Assembly: GCA_013239625.1 (NCBI GenBank)
Contig: MU054391.1
Span: 8,279,095 to 8,343,094, forward strand
Direction: 5' to 3'
Length of the DNA stretch: 64,000 nucleotides
DNA from: Lama guanicoe
Lineage: Eukaryota
Part shown: positions 12,401-24,890 of the stretch, piece after piece
Numbering within the stretch: position 1 is the first letter of the stretch
Layout: each line of letters opens with the position of its first letter
The notes under the pieces: generated by a model
Told to the model about the DNA's origin: nothing
Databases searched by the model: none
What the model saw: only the letters and a program-made list of their open reading frames with translations
Program-made: the position numbers and the translations under genes

Positions 12401-13589
12401 AATTATCTCCATGCTAGCTGGAGTGCCCCGAAGTTGCTTTACTCACCATTAGTTTCCAACCAGTTTAAAGCTCAGACTACAGGTCAAAATGTGTTTCTAT
12501 TTTCTCCAGACACCTTCGTCTTAACATTTGCCAGGACAGTTAATATGCATGTCTGTCCCATTCATGCCCAGGATACTAGAGGTAATTTCTGATGGTTTAG
12601 AGTCAGTGTGTTTTTCATGTGTTGGAAGTTTAGGAGAATCTCAGGATTTAAATTTATAAGGTATAAAATCTAATCTGACTCCCATACTATAAATCCTTAT
12701 CTTACAACTTGTCGATGAATATGGAGAGAAATGAAAATGGAAGTCTCCAGTCTTTAAAATCACAGAATACCAGAGTTAGAAAGGAGCTAAAAGTACTTAT
12801 GAATTCAGCCCTTTAAAAGTGAAGAATCTTGGACACTTGATCTGGTTATCCAGCTTCCATCTGACCGTCTCGACAGCAGAGGTAGCGCATCATTCTTTAC
12901 ACTACTGTAACAACACTTGCTCCCTGTGTTATCTCCCACGTGAGATTTATGGGATGACACAGCACATGGTATTTTCATATGCACATGACAATCATTCAGA
13001 GATTTGGAAGTGTATCTAATGCCTCCCCTGAGTCACCAATACACACAGATATCCCCTTTATTTTTCTTCCTACACGTGGGCTTCTTAAGCTCTCCACCAT
13101 CTGAGGCATCCTCTGGCCGTTTTTCAGTGTCCCTGCTTTTGTAATGTTTCACCGCTCATTCATGTCGAAGATTTAATCACCGAGACTGATATTCAAGATC
13201 ATGCACATTCTTTGTGTGTGTGTGTTTGTTCCGATAGTGTAAGGAAATGCGGCGACATTTGTCCTGGGGAGATAATGTCAGAAACAGCATCTATATGCCT
13301 TTCTACAAATGGACTCATCTTTCTAATCTAACTAATTTATTACACTGGAACGTAGGAAGGTACAAAAATAAAATTCTAACAGTTGTTGAAAAAGTGACTC
13401 TTTCACAAAGTAGAGGTAATTTGCTTCAGCTCTGGAGTAAAATATGAGAGAGAGGAAGCTACCACAGACATAAGTGAGTCAGGTCACACCCTGCATTTAT
13501 TCTTCTTCTTTAAACTTATTAGTCCTCTATACTTATTTTACTGAGATGTGATAACAGAGTCACTGCCCTTGGAGGGCCGTGAAATGAGT

Positions 13590-13800
13590 TGCAAAGTCAG
13601 GTCAAGACTGAGTTCGAATCTCTCCAGCAGCATATTTTGGCTGTGTAACATCAGCCAGGTTAGTAAACCTTTCTGAATTTCACACATGTAAACCAGAAAA
13701 ATAGCACTCACCCAATAAGACTGAAATGTCTCAGTGGGGTCAATATTTAAATGCATCACACACAGAAGATGGCATGTGGCACGGTGCTACTGTATCTGAT
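13590..13800 (+). mobile_element. MIR SINE
   Basis: aagactgagttcgaatctc ... ggctgtgtaaca ... aacctttctgaattt ... cacatgtaaa. Confidence 0.7.
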
Positions 13801-15859
13801 ATAATTAATTACTGCAATGCTGAATTTTTTATTTGTTTACATGTGTTTGCTATGTCTTTGACCATTTATATGTGAGTATATACAGTCATATGGACAGTTA
13901 CACATGGTGCTAGCATAGACGTGTAGATGTGGTAAGTCTAAAAATCAAAATTTTGTATAGAACACCCAAAAAATGGTCAATAAGCCTTTGCTTGAAATGT
14001 ATTAACTACTAATTGCAATTTAATTAACTTGAAAGCAGCAGCCATAACCGTATTAGGGAACTGAGTTATCCAAGTAACCAAACTATTTGGTCATAAGGTA
14101 ATTCAATGCCATTGAGTGAGGGGCTACAATGTATTGAATGTGGTAAATGAGGAAGTGAGAAAAATATGGCACAATGTAATAAATACATTATAAGGCTTAG
14201 AAGGAAATTTTCTTGATCAAAGGAGGGCTTCCTGCTTTTAAGAGCTGATTGCACTTTTAAATAGTTTTACATTAAGGGAGAAACCTCTTCAAAAACGAGA
14301 TTAGGGGAATTGAACCAAGAGTTAATGGAGTGACAAATGTTTCAGTCAGAGCTCTTTCATATGAATTATATTCCCACTTCGGTCTCATAATTCAGCATAA
14401 CCTTGGACAAGTAACTGAACTGTGATGATCCTTAAATTCCTCAGCTATTTTATGGAGAAGACAAACTTCTTAGCACAACACCTCCCTTCCTGTTATGTTA
14501 TGTTAAGAGCATAATTTTATTGCAACAGTTCTGAATAAAGTTTCTTATTGCTTTAACATGCCAGAATAATTTTCTTTAACACTGGTGACCGTAAATCCCA
14601 CACTGATGTGTTCCTTGCCACACTTCTTTTGCTTTAAAGCAGCCCACAATTTAACTCAAGCGTGCCTCCCAAACAGACACCTACTAGGCGATCAAGCGCT
14701 GAAAAGGGATTGTCTTGAAGAAGTCATCTGACACATATACATGGTTAGTTACTTTACTCGCGAAAAATAATTGCTGAATTACAAGGGAATCTAAGTGACG
14801 TACAATTGTGAGCAAGAAGGAGGTGGAGAGGTAAGGAAATGATGCTAGCTCTTTTACTTATTTATTTGTTTATCCATGTCCAGACAAATAGGACAATTTT
14901 CTTGGTTGAACACTGGTGTAAAGAGAACACTTGGGTCAAAACATGGATGAGGCCAGACAAAGACTGCCCATCGCTAGGTTAGATTTACATTATCGTGATT
15001 GGCTTAACTAAGCATCTAGAAATGCAGCTTTAACTGCTTGGCTACAGAGAATAGAAACATTTCGCTTGTCCCAGTTTCGCTTCCCAAGGTACCTCAGCAT
15101 CCCTAGTGGAAATGCACGGCTGGCACTAACACAGTCTGTGCCAGGATGATCTTGCTGATTTCTACATGCTTAGTTTTTGCTTGCTCCAGTCCTGTTATGC
15201 TCTGGTTTATATCATCACTCAGGAAGGATTTATACAAGCTAACTATGCACTTATTCTTTTCTATTTAAGGAAATATCTACCAATAGCCAAACTCAACATC
15301 AGCAAAGTCCCATTCATAGCCTAAGTAAAAAGCAATCACTAACCTGATATAACTAAATCTAACCGGTTATTGATTGTTTCCTGAAATACTGGCTTTCTGT
15401 TACCCTGCCCCTACTACACGGACAACACAGCCTGAGAACATTTGATAAAGCCAGTCAAAAGGGCTGTTTTAAACTGAAACTCTATGCTGATTTCAGTAGA
15501 CACAGCTAAAAGAAAATAATTATAAATTAAATGAAAACACTAGAATAGCGGTATCACAGGTAAAAAGCAGTAAGTTTGAGTGACAATATTTAAATCATAA
15601 AAAATATACAATAGCATGAAGTGGGTCAGTTGCTACTATATTGACAATGTCTCTAATACACAATCAATATTTGGTCAATACTGATGAGCTTTTATTTACT
15701 AATCATCTAGGATAAGATAAGGAGAAATGGCAAAAACCTAGCTAATTTTGGAAATTTTAATATATCCCTCTTAGTTGTTGACATTTTAAGCAGAAAACAA
15801 CATCTCATAGATTTCTTTTTTAATGGAGAGACACTTACACCTACAAAAAACACAAAGGA

Positions 15860-16060
15860 TATCTTCATATCAAGAAAAAAGAAACTGCAAACAAAGTAGG
15901 AAGACTATCTATAAAGGATAAAACATTGCTCAGGAAATCAGATGCCAGATTTTAGTAACATAGATAGAGATTTTAGAGAAAATCTTTGTGTTCAAGAATT
16001 TTGCACCTTGCCAAGTTGTCATTCATTTGTGTGAAGGCAACGAAAAGACATTCTCTGCTT
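15860..16060 (+). mobile_element. HAL1 or L1 ORF1 C-terminal remnant
   Basis: caagaattttgcaccttgccaagttgtcattcatttgtgtgaaggcaac resembles the ORF1 RIxYPAKLSF region. Confidence 0.5.
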
Positions 16061-16289
16061 TCTGTGGGTTTAATTGTCCTAATGTCTTCTTTTTCTGTGA
16101 TAGACTGAACATATGCTAGATTTGCCCGTTTCTCACCAAATGTCAGAAAAATGACAGGAAAGTCATTTTAAGTGTAAGTTAATGAATGCTTAGCAGCTAT
16201 CAAATACATGAAAGAGAGTTTATACTTATCATACAACTTGGTTTTCTCTAACTGGCTTTGTCTTCCTGTACAGCCCTAATCCTCTCTAT

Positions 16290-16530
16290 GGTAGTTGAGA
16301 ATTTGGGTTTTACAAGCCACCTGCTCGAGCTTGCATCCAAGCTCTGTCATTTCCTAATGGTCTGAATTGGGAAATTTCCCTTTGCCTCAGTTTCTTCACT
16401 TACAAAACGAGCATAGCTATAGTCATCTACCTCATGGTAATCGTGGGGATGCATAAGTTATGGTATAGGCAAAATATTTAGAGTCATTTCTGGTTTATAG
16501 TAAGTGCCATGTAAGTGTTAGCCACTATTC
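16290..16530 (+). mobile_element. MIR SINE
   Basis: ccctttgcctcagtttcttcacttacaaaa ... tctacctcatgg ... tagtaagtgccatgtaagtgttagc. Confidence 0.8.
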
Positions 16531-16739
16531 CTTTTTACACTGGAGGCCAAATATTCTTGAATCTTCCAGTTCAATATAAAGAAATGCTTTCTGTTTTAAA
16601 CCGTTGTCTTTGGGGCAATTATTTAGTCACTTTAAAAATAGCATTTCCTATTAAAACGATTCTGTTTCCTTGGAGTTTGGTGTCAACAAATGGATTTTTC
16701 AGGGACACAAACATTCACACCATAGCAGTTCCCTGGTAA

Positions 16740-17150
16740 AGCCACCTGATTCTCAGGCTTTTTTTTTCAGAAGGTTCTTAATTGTTAATCCAAATATATA
16801 TATATATATATCTCAAAATGATCTCTTTCTCTTTATATTAGTTTTGGTAGTTTGTGTCTCTCAAATAATTGATCCATTTCATCTATACTGTAATGTTTAT
16901 GAGCATAGTTTTATTCATACTATTCCTTTATTAACTTTTATTATCCTGTATGGTTATGGTTCATTTATTGTCTTTATAACCCATGGAATAGGTAGTAATG
17001 TTCAGTCTTTCATTTCTGATATTGTTCATTTGTGTCTTTTTTTTTTTTTCTTGGTTAGCCTTGCTGGAGATTTATCACTTGCACTGATCTTTTCAAAGAA
17101 CCATACTTTGTTTCCTTTGTTTTTATTAATTTCCTGTTACACTATTTAGA
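16740..17150 (-). mobile_element. Old L1 ORF2 fragment
   Basis: tttcatttctgatattgttcatttgtgtc ... ctggagatttatca ... tcttttcaaagaacc is typical antisense L1 ORF2; accounts for ORF 16670-17149. Confidence 0.75.
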
Positions 17151-19413
17151 TATTATCAAAATATATTTGATTTCTAAATTTGTATGTGGCTATTTTTAAA
17201 AATCAATTTTTAAATTTTTAATAGCTTTCTAGCATTCTCAGTTTAGCCTCACATTTTATTTCTTTAAATATTCAAATACTTATTTAATCAATTTCTGATT
17301 ATTCTAAACTCTAACGTCCGTTGCTTATCCAAATCTATTGGGCATTTGTTTTTGATTTTGTTTGTTTGGATTTGTTTTTATTTCTCTTTCTCAAGGTAAA
17401 AATGGCCTTCCTGTTTAAATATTATTCAATATAAATTTACATTTAAGATTTTTTTTTCTTTACTTAATATATCAAAAATATTGGAGCCTAAATTGGCTTT
17501 AATTGGTAAATGGTGGTTATACCAATTAAGACATTTTATACTTTTCCAGTGTCCCTGAATTAATCTGGGATTTTCAGCTACAGCTACTTTAATTCATAGC
17601 TATCTAAAGGCTTAGTTTCCAGATTATAGTTCTAATAATAGGCGTTTGTTTTCAATCCAACCACCTGATTTCAAGTATGCTTAATCCTCACTCCAGTTTC
17701 AATTCATAATTATTTTTTGTCCTTGGAGATTCCCTTTATTTCTTGCAAGCTTAAAAAAAGTATTGAAAAATACTTGTGTAGGGTGCCTTAAAAAAAATCT
17801 TTTCTTTCACACTTTTACAAGCAAAGTTTTCATTTAAAATATATAAACTGCAGAAAAATAAAGCTAAAAGTTATTTTAGTAGAATGAGAAACTAAATAGA
17901 AATAGCTAGGAAGCAAATAGAACATAAATAACAATTTATAAAGATGGCATGTTTACTAGCTTCATGTCATATGTATTTTGTTATCTACACACAGCAAACT
18001 GCTAAAATATGAATGATAGATTTTTTTATAATTACATGTCACAAACTAGGTATTACTTATAAAACTGAAATCTTTTTAGTTAAACATGAGTATTATTTCA
18101 TTGCTACTGTAATATAACCCAAAAATGGGCCTTGAGCTCTGAATTTGGCTTTTAACGTTGTTCTTACAATATCACATTTTTCCCATTATTTTAGAATAAG
18201 TTCAATAAAACCATGCAAACTAGAAGCCAAAAATTTTTTTTAAGATTAGATCATTTATGTTTGACCTAACACCACAAAGGATTAGTCAATATTATACACA
18301 CATAGAATATTAAATTTTATTAATTTAAAAATTTTAAATGTTAAGAATTTAAAAATTAATATTGCAAATAATCCTTGTATAATATTAAGGAACAAATATA
18401 GGTTTATTTTAAAATAGATATATGAAATACATATATAGCCATAGAAATTGTGCATGTCTCAAAACAGAGACAGTAATTTGCATTTAGTAGGTACCAAATA
18501 ATTATTGAATAAAATAATGAGTAAATAAATAGATTCTAAAATACTAATGTGACCCTATTATCTTGAGCCTTAAAGACTATATACTTGTAACACAGGAATT
18601 GACATTTATTTATTTCGTATCCCTAACAACTAACAATATCTCTAAAACACGAGGGTCCTTCAATAAATATTCGTTGAAAGTTGTTAAATGGATTAAACCT
18701 TGGTGCTTGACGAAGTATGGAAGCAATTGTAGTTTAGCTAATGCAACATAAAATATTGCCTAATTAGATATTATGTAAATACATCTATAAATTATTTTAA
18801 TCTACTCCATCTTTGTGCCAGAATTTTGTTTTTACTGCCTTTTAAAAGAACACAGCATTTTTTGCATAAGGCATTTAAAACATATTTAACCACAATGAAT
18901 TGGAAAAAGGCATTTCCCTTGTGAGCTCCTGGGAAAGTGGGCAGATAATGTCTATCTGTAGAATAGTGTGGGAACTCCCAGGCTCCTCTTATTCTTCTGA
19001 TCTTATCTACACTCTTCTTGCCTCTGTGGTTTTACACATGTGAATTGAGTTTACATTCCTTGAACTATAACTACTCATCCCAGAAATAATTACTTTATTA
19101 GTTTAGCTGTACCATTGGGAAGATCATTTCCCATTGTAGTTATACACATTTGTTTTACAAGCCAATATAGCTGGAATTCAAATTATGCTGCTCTGGGTAA
19201 AAACAATAAGTATTTTATCATGGATTCCTTCAGAGATCAGCTAAAAATGTTGAGTCAGTGTGCCTCAGGATATGAGAGAATTTTGTCCTTCGAATATTTT
19301 TTTGGATGGAATCCTTAAATGCATCAAAAGTTTACCTCCTATATTTATATAAGATAATTAAAGACAAACTTAGAAACAAAAACAAAATCTGTAAAACCCA
19401 TGACACCATGTTG

Positions 19414-19505
19414 TTGTTGTTGTTTTTAACTTTTTTTATTGAGTTATAGTCATTTTACAATGTTGTGTCAAATTCCAGTGTAGAGCACAATTTTTCAGTT
19501 ATACA
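19414..19505 (-). mobile_element. Young camelid-type L1 3' end, ~92 bp, with TSD
   Basis: tttattgagttatagtcattttacaatgttgtgtcaaattccagtgtagagcacaatttttcagttataca is the reverse complement of the tail at ~37635-37705; TSD gacaccatgttg / gacagcatgttg. Confidence 0.9.
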
Positions 19506-20309
19506 GACAGCATGTTGCTTGTATGCACTGTTAACGTACCCATCAACTACTTGAGGCCTCCAGATGGAGGAAATAACAGTGTCTAATGAATAAAATATAG
19601 GAAAATTTAAGGTAGTTTTTTCCAACAGTAACAAATCTTTTTGTTTGGAAGTAGGATATATTAATAAATTGAAAGCAAAAATTTAGATGAGATGCACATT
19701 CATGGGAGAGAAAAACAGATTGTTTTGTTGTGATGAAAACAGTCTTACAAACAAAAAACCCACAAAAACTACCAAAACCTGAATTAAAGCTCTAGACTTC
19801 CCCAACTCATGTGCCTAACACTACAGATGCTATTTTTAATTAAACACTTGACTTCGTTAAAGATAGGCAAAAGTCAGAAAGAAATTAGTATTCTGAATTA
19901 GTAGGGGTGGGAAAAACAGTAGGCAGGGAGAGGAGTGATTGGTGGTTGTGATGAGGAGAAAAGCAACATAATACGTTAATGAAAAACACGCATTCCAAAA
20001 GGAAGTGATCTTAGAAACAAAGGAAAAATTCATGCATATACAGCTTCATGGTTGCCAGGAAATGAAAGATTATATACCAGTAAACTGGAAGAAAAAGAGT
20101 TATAAGGTTTAAAAGAAGAAATTATAAGGCAATTAAATAAATAGTAAGTTTGAAAAGATGACAGCAAAAATAGATTATTATAACCATCACCAAAATGAAA
20201 GTCATATGAGCCCCTGCAAAGAATACAATACCTACAGTTGGAAACAGTCCTGACATGAGGTGCAGAACCAAGTTAAGGTGAAAATAAAATGCACAAATGT
20301 GGAGCACCG

Positions 20310-20795
20310 AGTATTCATTTTCCATTACTGCATAATAATTACCACAAAAGTAGTGGCTTAGGAGAACATACAAAAAAAAAAAAATCACTGTGTCTGTGGA
20401 TCAAGAGCACAGGCATGGGTTAAGGGATCCTCGGCTCAGGATCTCACCAGGCTGCAGTCAAGGTTCAGGTGGGGCTGTGGTTCTCCTACCGTTGCTGGCA
20501 GAATTTAGTTCCTTACATTGTAAGACAGAGGTCCCTGCCTCCTCGCTGGCTACTGGGCAGAGGTACTCTTAGCTCTTAGCACTGCCCACTCACAGCCTGG
20601 TTCTTTACCTACTCAAACCCAGCAAAAGACTCTCTCTCAACCTGCACTGAAGAGTTATATAATTTAATATAAACATGGAAATGACTATATCATCTTCATA
20701 GGACCTGCCCACCTTGAGGAGAGGGCATTACTGAGGGCATATATACCACGGAGTGGGAATCTGGGAAATCATTGTAGAACTCTGCCTACCACAAA
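20310..20795 (-). mobile_element. MaLR solo LTR (MLT1E/F-like)
   Basis: tattcattttccattactgcataataattaccacaaaagtagtggcttag ... tagaactctgcctaccaca. Confidence 0.8.
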
Positions 20796-20889
20796 TTGCA
20801 AAATGGAAGAGATGACAAATCAAGAAAGGAAATGTATACCATAAACTTGATGTTTCTGAGGACAGTACTAGAACAAACAAGAATTTCTG

Positions 20890-22090
20890 ACTTTAAGATG
20901 GCAAAGAACTTTGGAATTCTTTTCTACCCTCAAAACCTGCAGAAAACAAGAAGAAGGCAGCAAAGCAGCGATAGCGGAAGCCTCAGTGTCTAATTTATGA
21001 GTAGAGAACACTGATGAGGAAATACTAATTAATTCAGCTGATCAGAGGACAATCAATCTCAAACGTCTGCACACACTAGCAAGAAACAAGCTGGTAAGCG
21101 CTGCAGAACCAACAAAGCTTAGGAACGGGGCACCAGCACTACTACAGTTGGTGGTGGTTGGGGTCAAAGTGCACCTAAGGAGCAGAAAGACGTTCCGTTT
21201 CCCCCTATATCTGCAAAAGTCCTGGCCTGTTCTTTGCATACCCATGCGTAGGATTAGATATTTATTTTCTGGAGGAATTTAGTAATAAGGGAAGTGCCAG
21301 GCTTGGGGACACAATTCTCAGAGCCCAGAAGTTGCTAGACTGCAAAACAAAAGGGTGTACCCTATAGTGACATTAGTTGTAATATACGCTTATAACTTCC
21401 ACATGCTGGCAGTCATATTATACCCCCATGCTAAAGCTGGCAATGCAAAATGCTAGCATTTATGATTACACAGTTGTAAAGCCACCTGGTAACTTCTCCA
21501 AAGAAAGTCTGCCAGCAGTCATGTAACCTCCCACACAGATCGTCTCCAATAAGTATTGCAGTTTCCCTCTCCTAAATATGAGGAGACGAGATTTGACAAT
21601 AACCTTACTTACTATTAACAAATTTGTAATAAAAGGTGGACCATAAGGAACAGAAGAAAAGTGCATGTCATTTTGGAAGTTATGTTCATAGAGGAAAAAT
21701 CTATGGCAGGTATACAGCTCAAAGGGAGAAGAAGCTGTACAACGTAAAACAAGAGTACTTGAAAATTAGGAACCACAATTGCTAAAGTAAAATACTCAGT
21801 AAGAAAAGTTGGAAGTTTAGTATATTCTTAGAAGAAACTGCCAAAATTGATAACAATGGATGCTTCTGGAGTGGAAAACTCTCCACATCAATGCTCAATG
21901 CAAAAATGCAATGAGGCAATGACTATAAATTTCTGACAGAAAGAAATGTGACCCTAGAATTGTGAAGTCGGTCATGTGTTCTTGCAAATGGAATGGGATA
22001 AAATACTCATGAGTTTTACTTTAAAATCTTACGGAATGAAGAAAGCTAGTCAAGCCAGACAGATTTTAAAATAAGGGACCAAAGAATGTG
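20890..22090 (+). mobile_element. Old L1/HAL1 5' and ORF1 remnants
   Basis: gactttaagatggc 5'-end motif; ORF1-like ctccacatcaatgctcaatgc ... gtgaccctagaatt; highly decayed. Confidence 0.4.
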
Positions 22091-22195
22091 AAGATTTAGT
22101 AAAATGAATAATGCTGAAAACTAACTCCATAAATATGGAAATAAAACAGAATAAAATTTGTGTAAATTATAATTAAAGTGAGAATTGCTTTTTAA

Positions 22196-22242
22196 TTTTT
22201 AATTTTTTTATTGAAGTGCAGTCAGTTACAATGTGTAAATTT
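22196..22242 (-). mobile_element. Extremely 5'-truncated L1 3' end (~47 bp)
   Basis: ttttttattgaagtgcagtcagttacaatgtgtaaattt flanked by tgagaattgctttttaa / tgagaatgactttttaa. Confidence 0.75.
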
Positions 22243-22740
22243 TGAGAATGACTTTTTAAAGCACTGGCAACATAGGCTTGATAAGATAATCAAAAATATC
22301 AATCCAGATGAAAAATAGGGGTAAAAATTGTATGTCTTCTCTCAAATAAAGATTTGAAGAGACACTATATAAAGTGGAATCTTATGGGAAAAAATTTCCA
22401 AACTCTTATCCTATCTTTGTCTTCTTATTTTTTGTTGTTTTTGTTATTGATTTAGACATCTGTTGTGGTATTTAAATCTTTCACAATGAAATATTTAAGG
22501 AAAGGCTACTTATCCTATAATTTTACTTCTGGTTCATTTTATTCCATGAAATTAAACAGTCTAAAAATAAAAATGGTGTCATGTAACAAAAAAAAAATCC
22601 CACTGTGTAAAGTCATCTGTATCAGTTTATCATTCCATTTATATATCTATTCACATGTCTGTCTAATAGAGAAATATTTGAATGAGGGAATAAAAACATT
22701 TCCATTTTGGCTCTATTTCTGAGTAGCAGGACTGTGGAAA

Positions 22741-23170
22741 TGTTGGTGGTGCTCCTCTAGAGGACACAACTGTCCGCTGACTTTGAGCTGGGCCTGGGCA
22801 GTCAGAGGCTCCTTACGGCCCCCCGGTCCTTGGAATATACATTATGCCTACTGTCCCCATAGCCAGAGCCATCTCTAGGGTGCAGCCTTCAGAGAGTAAG
22901 GTGCTGTTGAGACCCCCTAGACTGAATATGTGACTGCCTTCTGTTAAAGTGCCTCCATGAACTTGAAAGGCCCTGTCAGGCAGATGTGGAGATCTGCTTA
23001 CCTTGTGGCTGCCCAGGACCAACCCCCTCCCACGTTAAGTTCCCTGGCTTGCTGACACTGCCACCTACCAATCTAGAGTGATCTGCTTCTTTTTCAGTCT
23101 CGCCTTGCCCTCTGTGTATGAGAGCCATTTTCAGATTTCACCTGGGAAACCCCAGAGGCTGCTAACCAAA
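22741..23170 (+). mobile_element. ERV1-class 5' LTR
   Basis: Starts TG, is GC-richer than flanks, ends in CA directly before a PBS; family not assigned, start uncertain. Confidence 0.65.
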
Positions 23171-23173
23171 AAC

Positions 23174-23191
23174 CGGTGAGTCAGCCAGGAG
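23174..23191 (+). other. Retroviral primer-binding site, tRNA-Arg type
   Basis: cggtgagtcagccaggag matches 15/18 to TGGCGAGCCAGCCAGGAG, the complement of the tRNA-Arg(ACG) 3' end. Confidence 0.75.
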
Positions 23192-24360
23192 TCCGAAGAA
23201 ATGGGCTGTGAGAAGGAGGCATCTGCAGCAGAAATCCCTGGTTGGTCATCAACCTCTCTGAGGGGAGGGGTGGCTTATATGTGGACTGCCATGTGAGTCT
23301 GGGGACACCCCAAAAATGCTGGCTGTGTTAACACACTTGTTTGAGGAAACACACATAGTGCACCGTGGGGAAGAATGGAAATGAATGGCTGCTACAGAGG
23401 GCTGGCCTCTGCTGTGGGGAATTCTGTGGCCCCTGGTGCCCAACTAGAAGTTTAAGCTCAAGTTAGAAAGTGGAAGGAAGCAGAGGTTAGAGGCATCCAC
23501 TGCTCTACTAGCTTTGACTAGCTGACAAGGTGAGAGAGCAGGATAAAAAGCTGGTGACCTTGGTAAGCTGTTTTGTTTTGCAAAGCTAGGAGGACACAAG
23601 CCACCCCAAATTAAGGTCTGAGTGCTTGTGACTAAGCCTGACTGGGACACTGAGAGGTGGAATCACTGGGAAAGTGATTAGAGAGAAGGAGATAATGTTG
23701 TGATTGACAGTGAAATGGACAAAGTGTCCCATGCCATCCAATCCCTAATATAAAGGAAAATTTTAAATAATAACTACCCTAGAAATCTGATAAAAGAGAA
23801 GTATATCTCACAACTCCTAGGGGAAAACTTGCTTTCTTTCTCTGTCTCTTGAAAATATAAATCCTATGTTTTTGAAATGTAAATACCCCAGGAGAGAACT
23901 AACACACGGCTCATGACGACCTGAAACTGAGAAGAAAAGAAGGAGAAAAGAGGCTTTTTCATATGCTGACGGCTACAGAAGATCCCTTGCCCAAAGTCTG
24001 GTCCACAGCCTCCTAAGATTACTCGTTAAGTGCAAACACAAACCTTAAAAGTCTTCACAAATATTAGTAGAAAGGTTCAGCCATCTGAGCAAGCAATCTT
24101 AACTTTTCGCCTCTGCCAAGGAACACGACTTGGATTCAGTCATAAATAATAAACTGGCGAGTTTTGTATTATTGTACTTGATTTGTGGCTAAAATCTGGG
24201 GATGAAAATTATAGGGCCTCCAGGTCTATCTGTATATTTATATATGTCTATGGATACATGTAACGGATATGTGATATTTTTCTACCTTTGGACAGCATTG
24301 TCAAAATTGATTTGTAAAGAACTCTACTTAAATGGTTTTGGTACAAAGTCTACTCACTCC
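23192..24360 (+). mobile_element. ERV1 (MER4-group-like) internal leader remnant
   Basis: Follows the PBS; tcagtcataaataataaactggcgagttttgtatt ... gtgatatttttctacct ... aaattgatttgtaaagaactctacttaaatgg resembles non-autonomous ERV1 internals. Confidence 0.65.
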
Positions 24361-24399
24361 GTGCAAGGATCACTTCTTACTGAACACTCTCACTTACCC

Positions 24400-24640
24400 A
24401 GTCTTCTGGTCCCTTACCCCATCCTGCATTAGATAGTGCCTTCTCCCATTGTGCGCTGTACTTCTGTTGACCACTGCCTGTATCAAGATGTACACCAGCT
24501 GACTTTTTCACGTCTCTCTCCTCAATTAGATGTTGAGGACCCAGGGAAAATGGATCTCATTTATTAACTTCTATGACCCTATATGTAGCAGTGTTATTGA
24601 TAATACCATTAATAAAACTTTGAACAAATTAATGATAGAA
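24400..24640 (+). mobile_element. L2 3' fragment
   Basis: tctctctcctcaattagatgttgag ... taataaaactttgaacaaattaatga. Confidence 0.5.
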
Positions 24641-24685
24641 CTTGTCCTCAAATCTTCTAATCAGGGTTAGTGACTTACTCTTAAC

Positions 24686-24890
24686 CAGGATTAGGGACTA
24701 CTTTTTCTGTAAGGACACATGAATAAAGGCTTAGAACTTCTGTCATGTTCTTTGCTGAATATTCTTCTGTGTTTTAATTTAAAAGATTTTAACAAACTTT
24801 TGGACATGCAAAAAAAATAATCTTAGCTCCAGTACCATCAAATCAGGCTGTGGACCACATTTGACCATGAGCTGTAGTTTGTCAACGGTC
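24686..24890 (+). mobile_element. hAT-Charlie MITE (MER58-like)
   Basis: actttttctgtaagg ... caggctgtggaccacatttgaccatgagctgtagtttgtcaac. Confidence 0.7.

Noticed and set aside
16670..17149. 159-aa hydrophobic ORF resembling a membrane protein
   Set aside because: Antisense L1 sequence; hydrophobicity comes from T-richness
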